From positions 1-31,474 of the forward strand of contig JBNPEG010000203.1 in NCBI GenBank assembly GCA_051117555.1: 31,474 nucleotides of DNA, written 5' to 3'. The position numbers and the translations under genes were made by a program. The notes beneath the pieces were generated by a model. It worked only from the letters and a program-made list of their open reading frames with translations. It was not told where the DNA came from and made no database searches. Shown here one piece after another: positions 17,906 to 28,479 of this stretch. The stretch is from Elainellaceae cyanobacterium (GTDB lineage: Bacteria; Cyanobacteriota; Cyanobacteriia; CAZCXK01). Numbering within the stretch: position 1 is the first letter of the stretch; each line of letters opens with the position of its first letter.

Positions 17906-20761
17906 TTATTTAGCATCGGGCTCTACTTTGAATCGTTCTACAGAGTTAAGCAAATCGCGCGCAACGCCCACCAAACTTTGGAGCGAACCCGATACTCGCT
18001 GAGCTTCTTGAGAGGTTTCTTGAGCTGTCAACTCAACCGATTGCATCACCTGGGCAACTGCGCGAGAGGTCTCGGTTTGTTCGACCGTGTCAGCGGTAAT
18101 TGAGCGCACCAGCACGTCAATGCGATTAGAAACCTGAATGATATCTTCGAGCGATCGCTTCGCCTGTTCTGCGAGCCGAGTGCCTTCAATGACCTGCTGG
18201 GTTCCTTCTTCCATTGCCGTCATCACAGACCCCGTCTCACTCTGAATCTGCAACACGATTTGCTCAATTTCCTTCGATGCTTTTGCCGCTCGATCGGCGA
18301 GCTGGCGGACTTCATCGGCGACGATAGCAAAACCACGCCCCGCTTCGCCTGCTCGCGCAGCCTCGATACTGGCGTTCAAGGCCAGCAAGTTGGTTCGAGA
18401 TGCAATCTGTGAAATTAATGCCACAATCTTGGAAATTTCTTGGGACGATTCGGCTAGGCGTTTTACTTTACGGGTGGTTTCTGCCACCGTTTCTCGAATC
18501 TCCAAGATGCCAGATACGGTACGCTCAACTGCCTCCCCTCCTTTAAGTGCAGTCGCAGATGCTGAGCGAGCGACTTCCTCTGCTTCACGAGCGCTCTCCG
18601 CAACTCGTTGAATCGAGTTCGTCATCACCTGCACCGAATTGAGTGTGACGGCTAACTCCTCAGCTTGACGAAGCGCATCAGACGAGAGCGATCGCGCGAA
18701 GATTTCATTTTCTGCCGACCCCTTACTCACCTGCCGAGCCGCTTGTTTAACTTGCAAAACGATTTCCCGCAGGTTTTGAATCGTTAGGTTGAATGAGTCT
18801 GCCACGGCTCCAAGCACGTCAGCCGTAACTTCTGCCTGCACGGTCAAATCGCCGCGAGCTGCTCCTTCTACATCGTCTAATAGACGAATCACTTGACGCT
18901 GTAAGTCTTCCTTGGCTTGCTCTTGCTCTTCAGCTTTGCGTTGAGCTTCGCTGGTGGTCGTTAGAATGATGCGCGCCATTTGATTAAACTCGTTGGCGAG
19001 CTTACCAAACTCATCTTCTGAATAGACGGTGGCCTGCGCGTTTAAATTGCCTCGTGACACTGCTTCAAATTGCGAGTGCAAATCATCTGTGGTTTTTCGC
19101 ATGGGGCGAAAGGCGGCTTGCCCGAGGGCCAATGCGGTCCCAAAACTCGTTAACCCAGCAGCAACCGCCATGATGCCCCCTGTTCTAGCAACGGCACTCT
19201 TTTGCTGTTGATCGGCAAAGATATTGGCAGCACCATAACTCACCACGGCAACGGCGATCGCAGAGACAACGCCTGTTACTCCAGCGATGATTACTCGCTT
19301 GGCCGTCATCGAGGCATTTTCAAGAGGTGCAAGCCACCCTTGCTCAACCATAACCTCGGGCTGTTCACCACTCTGCGTCCCCGATTGAGCAAAGGTTGGC
19401 AGTTGATCAGCCGTCCCTGAAATGCTAAAAATTTCTTCTTCCCGAATAATGGACTGATCCACGAATTCATCCGTGTCAAATCCGACATCATCATCGGGCA
19501 TAGAATCATTGCTAGACGGCCCAAACCCTGAGCCTACCGTTGGACTGGTAAAGCCAGCCGAGTTATCTGACAAATCAAAATCAGGCAAACTCCCTAGATC
19601 ATCAAACTCATCAAACTCATCTAAGAAATCGACACGGGTGTTTCGGTCATGGCTAGGTGCATCTGATGACTGACGAAATGCAGGTTCTTCACCCGTCGAA
19701 AGGCCATCATGGTCGATATCATCGAGACTATTGAAGTCAAACTCTGTTCCACCTTCAGAGACAAATGTCTGCTCATCTTGATCCTCATAAGAAGGCTGCA
19801 TTCCAGCGGATTCGTCATAGCGCGATGAAGAATCAGAATAATTTGACTCAGCGTCAGAATAATCAGAGGCGTAATACTCGGGAGATGACCTGACATTGGC
19901 ATCAAAATCGTCGGCGGCCATGTCAAACTCATCGACACCCCCCATAAAGAGGGTTTCTTCGCCGGCGTCACGCTGAACCTCACTCGGATCTGGGGATGCA
20001 TCTTCAGAATCGTAGGCAAATATCTCATCGACTGAGGTCGACTCTCGCGTGTCAGATGGAGACGAATAGGAAGACTCGTCAAGATCATCTAGAGACTCTG
20101 AGAAAGGAGACTGATCAAAGTTTAAATCGGCATTAAACCGGGAGGCGCTATCAGGAGCTTCTGGTTCTGACTGCTCGTCTTCAAATGATTGGTCGAATGA
20201 AAATGGATCTTCAAAAGTTTCGGCTGTTGGCATTGATTCTGATTGATCAGACGCCTCTTCATCGAGGGCAAACGGATCGTCGGCAAAGGCTTCGTTGCCA
20301 TCCATGAAGAAATCATTCTGATCGAGGGTAGATCGCATTTGATTTGAGGACTGCTCAAGTTCGGGCTCACTCGCTGCTTCTAAATCAGAGCCTGAAAAAT
20401 TGAGGTCTTCTCCTAAATCAGCATTGGCTAAATTCTGCCATTCGCCCTCCGACTCATCGGATTCCTCAAATCCTCCATTATCGACAACAAACTGGCTGGC
20501 ATAGGCTAAACCATTGTTGGCATAGTCTACATATTCGGGGTCTGATGTCATATCCAATACTGACTGATATTGATCACGGGCAATATCGTATCGCTGCAAC
20601 CCGTAACAATAAATATGCCCTCTCAACAGATGCACGTTTAGATCATCAGAATGACTCTCTAATAATCGATCAACGATTTGAGCGGCCTCCTCGTAGTTGC
20701 CCAACATGTAGGCGCGTTCAGCCTGTTGATATTCTTGTGCGTAGTCAGTGCCTGGTCCCAT
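17906..20761 (-). CDS. pilJ: Methyl-accepting chemotaxis protein (PilJ/HmpD): N-terminal TPR, acidic linker, 2 TM, HAMP, MCP domain
   Basis: [41 protein letters not shown] motif [13 protein letters not shown]. Confidence 0.94.
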   Translation of the reverse strand: MGPGTDYAQEYQQAERAYMLGNYEEAAQIVDRLLESHSDDLNVHLLRGHIYCYGLQRYDIARDQYQSVLDMTSDPEYVDYANNGLAYASQFVVDNGGFEESDESEGEWQNLANADLGEDLNFSGSDLEAASEPELEQSSNQMRSTLDQNDFFMDGNEAFADDPFALDEEASDQSESMPTAETFEDPFSFDQSFEDEQSEPEAPDSASRFNADLNFDQSPFSESLDDLDESSYSSPSDTRESTSVDEIFAYDSEDASPDPSEVQRDAGEETLFMGGVDEFDMAADDFDANVRSSPEYYASDYSDAESNYSDSSSRYDESAGMQPSYEDQDEQTFVSEGGTEFDFNSLDDIDHDGLSTGEEPAFRQSSDAPSHDRNTRVDFLDEFDEFDDLGSLPDFDLSDNSAGFTSPTVGSGFGPSSNDSMPDDDVGFDTDEFVDQSIIREEEIFSISGTADQLPTFAQSGTQSGEQPEVMVEQGWLAPLENASMTAKRVIIAGVTGVVSAIAVAVVSYGAANIFADQQQKSAVARTGGIMAVAAGLTSFGTALALGQAAFRPMRKTTDDLHSQFEAVSRGNLNAQATVYSEDEFGKLANEFNQMARIILTTTSEAQRKAEEQEQAKEDLQRQVIRLLDDVEGAARGDLTVQAEVTADVLGAVADSFNLTIQNLREIVLQVKQAARQVSKGSAENEIFARSLSSDALRQAEELAVTLNSVQVMTNSIQRVAESAREAEEVARSASATALKGGEAVERTVSGILEIRETVAETTRKVKRLAESSQEISKIVALISQIASRTNLLALNASIEAARAGEAGRGFAIVADEVRQLADRAAKASKEIEQIVLQIQSETGSVMTAMEEGTQQVIEGTRLAEQAKRSLEDIIQVSNRIDVLVRSITADTVEQTETSRAVAQVMQSVELTAQETSQEAQRVSGSLQSLVGVARDLLNSVERFKVEPDAK

Positions 20762-20804
20762 TTGATCTCTCCCGCCTGTGCGAGTGTCCTATCGAGTTAT
20801 ACAT

Positions 20805-21338
20805 CTATGCCGCCCACCGTGCCGACCGAAGAATCGCAACTTGGTCGAGCAGGCGCAGGTAGTGATCTGAAGGCTCTTCAGATATCCATTCTCCTCTTAG
20901 AAAAGGAGCCATGCCATCGGGTACATTTGTTGGCATTTGTACTTCGTCAACATCAAGCCAATCCATTCCGATAATGCGATCGACTGCTAAACCCAGCATC
21001 ATATCTTGGTCTTCAACAGCGATAACCGGAATTTCTGGGCGATCGGTTCCCAGTGGGGTTGCGTCTCCGAGAAACTGACCGAGGTCAGCGACCCAAATCA
21101 CCCGGCCTCGCACGTTGAGGGTACCCAAAAGCAGAGGAGAAATGTTCGGGATCGGTGTGATTCGTTCGGGGGATGGCGAAATCACTTCACGAATCCCGGT
21201 TGCAGGCAGAGCAAATTCATCCCCAGAGGAGGTAAAAAATCTAAGATGCAATTCACCTTCCGGACTTTCTAATTCTTGAAATTCCGGAACCTGCTCTTGC
21301 CCCTTATTTGTTAAGAAATCTGGATTACCGACCATCAT
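20805..21338 (-). CDS. pilI: CheW-like adaptor (PilI/HmpC)
   Basis: ITPIPN..LLGTLNVRGRVIWVADL, GLAVDRIIG; position in the operon. Confidence 0.92.
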   Translation of the reverse strand: MMVGNPDFLTNKGQEQVPEFQELESPEGELHLRFFTSSGDEFALPATGIREVISPSPERITPIPNISPLLLGTLNVRGRVIWVADLGQFLGDATPLGTDRPEIPVIAVEDQDMMLGLAVDRIIGMDWLDVDEVQMPTNVPDGMAPFLRGEWISEEPSDHYLRLLDQVAILRSARWAA

Positions 21339-21359
21339 GCCTAACCTTTTTCACGAAAC

Positions 21360-21725
21360 TCATCCTCTTAAAAGTTGTTTGACCGTGCCCACCAATTCAG
21401 TAGGTTGAAAGGGTTTGGCAATGTAGGCATCTGCCCCTTGCTTCATTCCCCAGTAGCGATCGAACTCTTCTCCCTTCGACGAACACATCACAACCGGTAC
21501 GTTTTGGGTTTTGGGATCAGCCTTCAAGCGACGACACACTTCATATCCGTTCATTCGGGGCATGACAATATCTAATACGACTAAATCGGGACAGTGTCCC
21601 TTGATGTACTCTAATGCCTCAATGCCGTCACTAGCCACGGTTACGTTAAGACCACTTCCCTTGAGAAGGTCGGTAATCATCTCCCGTTGGGTCATGCTAT
21701 CTTCCACAACAAGAACTGTACTCAT
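21360..21725 (-). CDS. pilH: CheY-like single-domain response regulator (PilH/HmpB)
   Basis: VVEDS, LDIVMPRMNG, YWGMKQGADAYIAKPF. Confidence 0.94.
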   Translation of the reverse strand: MSTVLVVEDSMTQREMITDLLKGSGLNVTVASDGIEALEYIKGHCPDLVVLDIVMPRMNGYEVCRRLKADPKTQNVPVVMCSSKGEEFDRYWGMKQGADAYIAKPFQPTELVGTVKQLLRG

Positions 21726-21815
21726 AACTGCCTGCCTGTTAACCGCATATGCGAACGGGAAAGATGTTTAACAATTCATTTTCTATATGATCGTGTAGGA
21801 CTAGAATAAAGGAAT

Positions 21816-23117
21816 TTATGGTGCACTGCTGTAAGATTCAGACGGCTTAATCGATTCAGGAATATCAATTTCTAACTCATCTTCTAAGGGTTCTGCTAGT
21901 AGTTTGTCAGTTTTGGGCGGTATTTGAGACTTGCTAAGGCTACTTTGCCCCGCATATTTCTCGACTAGTGTAAGCAATTCTTGCTCTCCAAAGGGTTTAG
22001 TAAGATAGTCGGTTGCGCCGACAATACGAGCTTTAAGGCGGTCTATAAATCCGTCTTTCCCCGTCAACATGATAATCGGAGTCTGTCGAAATACCTTGGA
22101 TTGGCGGAGCATTGCACAAATTTCGTATCCGTCAAGCTCGGGCATCGCGATATCGCAAAAAATCAGGTCGGGCTTGAGATGGAAGACGAGGCTGAAGGCA
22201 TCTAATGGATTGCCAATTGCTGTGACGCGGTAGCCTCGCTGATTTAGGATGTATTCCACGCCTTTGCGAATGGTTGCTCCATCATCAACGCAGACAATCT
22301 GGGGCATTTGGGGTGAATTTGAGTGCTCTAACGCTGATGGCGACGGGATTGTAGCTTCGGAGAGGGGATAGTGGATTTGGACATACCCTCTCTGAACGTA
22401 AGGGTATAGAGCTTTTGCGATCGCCAAAATATCGCGATTGAGATAACGGGCCATTTGCCGAATCGACGTTTTCCCATCTACCCAGCGCTCAAGAGCGTTG
22501 AAGGTGCTCTCTTTTAAGTTTTCTCGCAGCCGATCTGCATGGGCGATCGCCGGACATTGGTCTGGGGATTTGATGAGTGGATGAAGCTGCTTCCATGCCT
22601 GGATTTGCATCATAATCGTACCCACCAACGAACTAATTTCTAGGGTGGTGAGCTGAGGTGCAAGAGGTGGGCTAATTTCAAAAATAAATGAGCCTTGGTG
22701 CAAACTAAGCAAGTCAAAGAGAGTCTCATGAACCATACTTTGGATAATGGTTCGTCCCTGGGCAGGCGTCAGCACATGATTTTCTAACAATGCCCATAAA
22801 TGACCGTATTCGGGGGCGCTAACCGTGGCGATCGATGAGACGTTAATCTCACTTAAGTCATTTTGAATCTGATAGCGACGTAGATAATCGTTTAATCGAG
22901 CCAGATTACCGCTGTTTTCGCCCGCATAAATAATTTTTCCGTTGAGGAAGAAAACAAACCACGACGAGAGAGTCAGAGGCAAACCAGAGGGGCGATCGCC
23001 ACCCAGGAGCCTCCGAGGAGGGCTATAGGCTTCGACAAATAGCTCACCGGTACGTTGTCCTAACTCAATGAGCTGCAAAATACTGCGAATGTCTATTTCG
23101 TTCAGCTCGCCCTGCAT
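21816..23117 (-). CDS. pilG: PatA-type response regulator (PATAN/DUF4388 plus receiver; PilG)
   Basis: MQGELNEIDIRSILQLIELGQRTGEL N-terminus; C-terminal receiver CDIAMPELDG...DYLTKPF; first gene of the cluster. Confidence 0.9.
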   Translation of the reverse strand: MQGELNEIDIRSILQLIELGQRTGELFVEAYSPPRRLLGGDRPSGLPLTLSSWFVFFLNGKIIYAGENSGNLARLNDYLRRYQIQNDLSEINVSSIATVSAPEYGHLWALLENHVLTPAQGRTIIQSMVHETLFDLLSLHQGSFIFEISPPLAPQLTTLEISSLVGTIMMQIQAWKQLHPLIKSPDQCPAIAHADRLRENLKESTFNALERWVDGKTSIRQMARYLNRDILAIAKALYPYVQRGYVQIHYPLSEATIPSPSALEHSNSPQMPQIVCVDDGATIRKGVEYILNQRGYRVTAIGNPLDAFSLVFHLKPDLIFCDIAMPELDGYEICAMLRQSKVFRQTPIIMLTGKDGFIDRLKARIVGATDYLTKPFGEQELLTLVEKYAGQSSLSKSQIPPKTDKLLAEPLEDELEIDIPESIKPSESYSSAP

Positions 23118-23384
23118 GAAGTTAAATCACTCTCTCTAATGACTTAGACAGTTGCCCGATTGTCTAAAATTACAGTCAAATTATGACGTGGATGCACCCC
23201 TGGTTGCGGATATCAGCGTTCAATTCAAACACTTCAATTAGCAAGAATTCACTGACATGTCATACACTATAACTCTCTTGAAGCCGCCTCAGTAAAACAG
23301 CTTTTATCATTACTAATCTACGGTGAATCTGAATTGGCGATGGCTCTATCCCAGATTGCTTAACATATCTTCTCTTCCAATAGA

Positions 23385-23421
23385 TATAGCAATCCTAAAT
23401 CGCTTGTGAATGGATTGCTAT
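23385..23421. mobile_element. Collapsed MITE-like element (same terminal repeat family as 28480-28571)
   Basis: TATAGCAATCCTAAATCGCTTGTGAA-T-GGATTGCTAT. The left 26 bp match the reverse complement of 28546-28571 with one mismatch. Confidence 0.65.
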
Positions 23422-23520
23422 GGGCCTATTTATCAGTTTTGTCGACTTTATCAATAAATTGAACGAGATTTGAGCTGTATTCCTGAGAAGGTAATAGGTC
23501 GGCATCATCAAATATCAAGA

Positions 23521-23555
23521 GGCAGAAGGCAGAAGGCAGAAGATAGAAGGCAGAA
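23521..23555. repeat. Heptamer short tandem repeat (STRR-like) GGCAGAA x5
   Basis: GGCAGAA x3, GATAGAA, GGCAGAA. Confidence 0.85.
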
Positions 23556-23897
23556 AGCTCTTACAAATTTTCGAAGAATTCTCATCTAAGTTCAATTTGC
23601 GCAATTTGAATCGATGAATCGAGTTAGTTTTAATTAAATCAAAAATTATTTTGCATCAATCAGGAGCAACAGGTTTCATGATTTCACCTTATAATTCCGA
23701 ATAATTTCGAAATCAAGGCATCGATTTACTCAGCCGTTGAATTATGCTGGAAATCTAAGATGGGATACGAGGCACAATTAGCCTCATATGGCGAATGTGC
23801 AGGTCTTGGTCTACACGCTGGGGGTGTGAAACTTAGAGATTCCTGCGGGGCAGATCCCGAATAGTTGCCTACCGAGCAGCGCTTTATTCGTATAATG

Positions 23898-23930
23898 ATG
23901 CCCAGATAATGCCCAGATAATGCCCAGATG
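23898..23930. repeat. 11-bp tandem repeat ATGCCCAGATA x3
   Basis: Units at 23898, 23909 and 23920 (last base differs). Confidence 0.85.
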
Positions 23931-24374
23931 AAGTGTTGGGCGATCGCCATCAGACCATCTCCAAATTTTGAAGATCGCTCAGACGAGGGTTCGTCACTTA
24001 TAAACATCAATGAACTCAATTGAGTTAGTTTTCGTCAGAATCATTATGGATAGAGAATACGGATGCTAGGCTGTTGGCTCCAAGTGCAGTGTGCGATTCA
24101 GCTTAACTGTTTACCTAGTTTGAAGGATGGTGACCTATGAGTGAATAGAGCGAACCAGAGTTTCGCCGATGAGTCTGGTCATCGGTATCGAGGGTTCCTT
24201 CAGTGAAAGCATGATTGACCACAGCCAGTTGATTTTCGGTCAACCCCAGGTAGACCCTCTCTTACAAACATTGTCTAGTTGAGCATTGTCTCCTTAAACT
24301 GGATGCAGACAACGAACTCGATGACAAAAAGCTTATCTTGATATTAGGCATAGACACGAAAGAGGAACATCAGC

Positions 24375-26129
24375 GTGCTGTATTTAGCGGAAGTACAGAA
24401 GAAGAGCAGGGTTATTGGAAGCAGTAAAGTCGAATTTAAACTCCTAGCGTGTCAGCGAGCTGAGAATACGTGGAGTGCTGTTGGCGAAGAAAGCGTTCCA
24501 GCCCCCGATGATGTGAACTATAACTCTGGCGCGTTGGTCATGGTTGACCTGTCTTCCAATAGACAGGTTCAACGTCACTCAGAGGCGGGGCGTCAACTCG
24601 TCAGCATCTTGCAGAATTTCTCCCGATTACAGGAAAAATTTAAAACTCAAGAAGAAGAAATTGAACAGTGGAAGCAGTCTCTGACCTATCAAAGCCAAGA
24701 ATTAAATCGTCGGGAAATGGAGATGGAAGCCCGGCAAGAGCAACTGCAACAGATGGAAGAAGATTTTGAACGATTGGAGCAGCAACGCCAAGAGATTGAC
24801 GTGGCGCAAGAACAAGTCAATCGTTTGCAGGAAGAATTTACCCGTAAAACTCAAGAACTTGAGGGCGCTTGGGCACATCTTGAGGGCGAAAAACGCCGCT
24901 TCGAAGAGCAACAAGACCAGATACAGCATGCCGTTGGCCTAGACGAGACCCAAGCTCAACATATTCAAGAACTGCTCCACCGAATTTCCAACACCGTTGC
25001 CCCAACTGACTCTCTTCGAGAACAGCTCAATACATCCTTTGAGATTGTCTCTCAGCAGCAAGAGGCGCTTGATCAACACTGGCAGAATCTAGACGAGCAA
25101 CAATCGTCTGCTCAACAGATGCAGGGTGAGGTCGACGAGCAAGCCCAAGAGCTGCAAAACCGTTGGCATCAATGGCACCAGGATCAAGAGATATTAGAAA
25201 ACACGCAAGCTGAATTGAGTCGACAAAAAAGTGCGCTTGAGGCCAAGCAAGATGCAATTCGGGCCCTATCGTCTCACGTTCAGCAACAAACTGATTTATA
25301 TGAACAAGCTCGCTATCTCGCAGAGACATCAGGCGCAGGTCCCGTTGCCAAGGTTGATGTGAATGCCTTAGAGCAGATGTCGCTAGAAACTCTGCAAACA
25401 ACTGTCACCGAGTTGCAGCAAGAGCTTGAGAAAAATTCTCGCTTCGTCAGTAGTCAAGAAGAAGAGCTAAACCTACAGCAGGAAGAAATTGAAAAACTCC
25501 GGGCTCAGATCCAGCAGGCTAGTGAATATGATCGTCTGAGTTTGGAAACTCAGCTTGCAGACGAGCAAGAGAGTTACCGGATGCTAAACGAAACCTTAGT
25601 AGGGCAGCGTCGAAATCTTCAAGAGCGGGACGCGGTTCTTAAACAGCACAAGATTATTTTGGCGCGTCGTCAGGGTTTACCGTTAGACAATGGTCAGCAA
25701 AGTGATGTCAACATAGAGCCCCTTTTGCGCCAAATTGATTCGATTCGGCAGCATCAGTCTCAAGAATTGCAAAAGCTTGAAGAGCAAGTCCAGCAAATGC
25801 AGGGATCGGTCGTCGAGACGGAAGAGAGCGTCAGTCAAAAAACGACTGCCCAAGAGTCAGTGTTGGTGGAACTCAAGCAGTTTGAGCAGGAATGGAAGTC
25901 GAAGAGCGCGGCGCTGGCTGAATTATGGGGCAAGGTCAATGCGTATCGAGATGTCTTGCAACCCGTTCAGGATAATCTAAACGGGCTTAAGGAAAAACTG
26001 GAGGCGATCGCCAACTTGATTGCTCAGTTTCAGGAGTCGGGAGATTACCAGCTTCAGGCGATCCATGAAATGCAGCAGCAAATCCAGAAGTTGACTGAAA
26101 ATCCGTCTCCTGAGTTGGCCGCATCGTGA
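24375..26129 (+). CDS. hmpF: Pilus motility/taxis coiled-coil protein HmpF
   Basis: MLYLAEVQK..KLLACQR, LVSILQNFSRLQEKFKTQEEEIEQWKQSLTYQSQELNRREMEME; long Q/E coiled coil; divergent from pilG; GTG start after an AGAGGA RBS. Confidence 0.9.
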   Translation: MLYLAEVQKKSRVIGSSKVEFKLLACQRAENTWSAVGEESVPAPDDVNYNSGALVMVDLSSNRQVQRHSEAGRQLVSILQNFSRLQEKFKTQEEEIEQWKQSLTYQSQELNRREMEMEARQEQLQQMEEDFERLEQQRQEIDVAQEQVNRLQEEFTRKTQELEGAWAHLEGEKRRFEEQQDQIQHAVGLDETQAQHIQELLHRISNTVAPTDSLREQLNTSFEIVSQQQEALDQHWQNLDEQQSSAQQMQGEVDEQAQELQNRWHQWHQDQEILENTQAELSRQKSALEAKQDAIRALSSHVQQQTDLYEQARYLAETSGAGPVAKVDVNALEQMSLETLQTTVTELQQELEKNSRFVSSQEEELNLQQEEIEKLRAQIQQASEYDRLSLETQLADEQESYRMLNETLVGQRRNLQERDAVLKQHKIILARRQGLPLDNGQQSDVNIEPLLRQIDSIRQHQSQELQKLEEQVQQMQGSVVETEESVSQKTTAQESVLVELKQFEQEWKSKSAALAELWGKVNAYRDVLQPVQDNLNGLKEKLEAIANLIAQFQESGDYQLQAIHEMQQQIQKLTENPSPELAAS

Positions 26130-26187
26130 GACTATACGCACGATAATGCATGCACGTTAGAGCGAGCAATGCTTATTGTCTGGCCGC

Positions 26188-27246
26188 CTAATCCATCCGT
26201 GGTGCTGTCTCGATGACAATCCAGTCGTGGTCAACTCGGGCGATCGCCCCTCCTGGGAACGGATCGGTCTGAGTGCGATGAGGGGCAGAGATGAGCGCGG
26301 TCAGTTTTTCGATGTGGTCGAAGTTGGGCGCGCTAGGCAGAATCGTTTGCAGACACCGACGCATGACTCGCCGTTGAAGTGCAAGTGGAACCGTTTGCAG
26401 CACGATGCGGTTGATCCGCAAGGGCTGAGTGAATCCACGATTGAGCGGTTCATTGGGTGGGTCTTGGGGCTCAAATAGGGGCGTCACCTCCGGCGCGATC
26501 GCCTGCCGAAATGCCGCATTCGCTTGAGCTGCGAGATAGTCAGCCTCTGCCCGCAACACCTCCGCAGTTTGGTGAAGCGTTAATTCAATCTGAGGGTTGA
26601 ACCACGCTTTCAACCGAGGAATCAGATCGTGGCGAATTCGACTTCGGGTGTAGCGTGGGTCTCGATTGAATGGATCAATGTGAATAGTAAGGTGTCGGGA
26701 TTGGCAAAACTTTTCCGTTTCGTCACGCGTGATTTCTAGCAACGGTCGCACCAGCACGATGCCGGGAGCCAAATTTCGTTGCCAGTCGAGCGACTGCAAG
26801 CCATCCGTTCCGCTTCCACGGATGAGATTATGCAGCACGGTTTCAGCGCGATCGCTCATCGTATGAGCCGTAACAACTGCCGTATAGCCGTGATTCTGCG
26901 CGATTTGCGTTAATTCTTGGTAGCGCCACTGCCGGGCTGCGGCTTCACGCCGATCGATTTGAGCCGCCGTTGCGCTGTAAAAAGGAATCTGCCGCTGTTG
27001 AGCCAAAGTCGCTACATACTCAGCAACGTGCTCCTCGCTGGGATGCCAGCGATGATTGCAGTGGGCGATCGCCAGATGCCAGTTCCATTTAGGCCGGAGG
27101 TCTATTAAAAGCTGCATCAAGCAGAGCGAATCTTGCCCTCCCGATACCGCTATTAAAAGATGCTGATGCGGTTCTAGAAGATGACGGTGCCGAATAGCCC
27201 GATGCAGCCGCGCGTGCAAATCAGTCCATTCGGCTAGATGGGGCAT
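26188..27246 (-). CDS. tilS: tRNA(Ile)-lysidine synthetase
   Basis: AVSGGQDS, HCNHRW, EAAARQWRY, TAHTMSDRAET..NLIRGSG, RPLL. Confidence 0.93.
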   Translation of the reverse strand: MPHLAEWTDLHARLHRAIRHRHLLEPHQHLLIAVSGGQDSLCLMQLLIDLRPKWNWHLAIAHCNHRWHPSEEHVAEYVATLAQQRQIPFYSATAAQIDRREAAARQWRYQELTQIAQNHGYTAVVTAHTMSDRAETVLHNLIRGSGTDGLQSLDWQRNLAPGIVLVRPLLEITRDETEKFCQSRHLTIHIDPFNRDPRYTRSRIRHDLIPRLKAWFNPQIELTLHQTAEVLRAEADYLAAQANAAFRQAIAPEVTPLFEPQDPPNEPLNRGFTQPLRINRIVLQTVPLALQRRVMRRCLQTILPSAPNFDHIEKLTALISAPHRTQTDPFPGGAIARVDHDWIVIETAPRMD

Positions 27247-27283
27247 GGCGATCGCTCAGTCGTAACACAGGTGTTGCGTAATG

Positions 27284-28402
27284 TTAGAAAAACCACCCAT
27301 AGCTATGCAGCCCTTTGCCCAAGAGATTGACCCCTAAATAGCACACCCAAATGACCACAAAGCCAGAGGCGGCAAGTATTGCAGGACGACGACCTTGCCA
27401 GCCGCGAGTGATGCGGGCGTGCAAATAAGCGGCAAACACCAGCCACGTAATCAGTGCCCATGTCTCTTTGGGGTCCCAACTCCAATACGACCCCCACGCT
27501 TCATTAGCCCAAACGGCTCCGGCAATGATGCCAATCGTTAACAACGGAAACCCGAGTCCAATGATTCGGTAGCTGACGTTGTCCAACGTATCGGCAAGGT
27601 TTAGGCGCTGCGGAGACAGAGGTTCAGTAGGTTCAGGAGCAGATGGAGGCGCTACCGTCACCGTCGAATTAGGGGATAACACAGCGGTTGCTCCGTTGGA
27701 CTGCGCGGCTGCAACCGGGCGAGGTGCATCCAAGGGGGGGACTATCCGTGACGACTCAGTAGAGGAGATATCAGTAGAGGAGATATCAGTAGAGGAGATA
27801 TCAGTAGAGGAAATAGCAGAGGGGTCAGTCGACTGTAGCACGCGATATCGACGATTGCGGTATGCCCCCGTCCCAACTGAGCTACCCCGCAACTCAATCG
27901 ATTGCCCGCGCGTGGCAACCAAAAACGCAACAGACAGCAGCGAACCGACCATGAGGGCGGCATAGCTGATCAGCATGATGCTGACGTGCATCATCAACCA
28001 GTTAGATTTGAGGGCGGGCACGAGGGGCTCAGACGCCTGCATTTGAGCGGGCAACGACAAAGCTGCGAATGCTGTAATTCCCATTGCAACGGGGGCTGTG
28101 ACGACGCCGACCAACCGGCTCTGGCTCATATTTTCTGCAACCAGATGCAGGGTTGTAATGCCCCAGGCGACAAAAAACAGCGATTCGTATAGGTTGCTGA
28201 GCGGGAAATAGCCTGCCTCAAGCCATCGCGCACCTAATAGCGCCGCAATGCACAGGTTGGCGATCGCCATTCCAGTCGTCCCCAAAATCGAGAGGTACGG
28301 AACGCGAGGAAATGCTGCGCCTCCCCAATATGTCAGCATCGTGGCAAATAACAGTGCAAATGATGTGTTGTCGAGCCAGTTTTGCAGCGTGACCAGATCC
28401 AT
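27284..28402 (-). CDS. ccsA: System II cytochrome c biogenesis protein CcsA (also annotated CcsB)
   Basis: [28 protein letters not shown] motif [24 protein letters not shown]. The true start is likely the ATG at 28402. Confidence 0.95.
   Translation of the reverse strand: MDLVTLQNWLDNTSFALLFATMLTYWGGAAFPRVPYLSILGTTGMAIANLCIAALLGARWLEAGYFPLSNLYESLFFVAWGITTLHLVAENMSQSRLVGVVTAPVAMGITAFAALSLPAQMQASEPLVPALKSNWLMMHVSIMLISYAALMVGSLLSVAFLVATRGQSIELRGSSVGTGAYRNRRYRVLQSTDPSAISSTDISSTDISSTDISSTESSRIVPPLDAPRPVAAAQSNGATAVLSPNSTVTVAPPSAPEPTEPLSPQRLNLADTLDNVSYRIIGLGFPLLTIGIIAGAVWANEAWGSYWSWDPKETWALITWLVFAAYLHARITRGWQGRRPAILAASGFVVIWVCYLGVNLLGKGLHSYGWFF
27756..27815. repeat. 15-bp in-frame tandem repeat x4 (ISST[D/E]) in the CcsA variable loop
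   Basis: TCAGTAGAGGAGATA at 27756, 27771 and 27786, plus TCAGTAGAGGAAATA at 27801. Confidence 0.92.
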
Positions 28403-28479
28403 CCAGATATCTCCCCGTAGGTCTGTCAAAAATTGAATAGTAAGCCGTTCACAGATTCGTTTCTTATCTTCCTCTATCC

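Noticed and set aside
23521..23930. Short repeat arrays as a possible CRISPR
   Set aside because: Units are 7-11 bp and head-to-tail with no spacers; no cas genes are present.
23726..24019. 97-aa ORF in the pilG-hmpF gap
   Set aside because: TTG start, passes through an 11-bp tandem repeat, and has no recognisable motif.
12352..26129. Chemosensory cluster plus coiled-coil gene as a novel system
   Set aside because: It matches the established cyanobacterial Pil/Hmp motility locus in gene content and order.
26188..27246. TilS shorter than the E. coli enzyme, possibly truncated
   Set aside because: Short TilS lacking the distal C-terminal domain is normal in cyanobacteria, and the catalytic motifs are intact.
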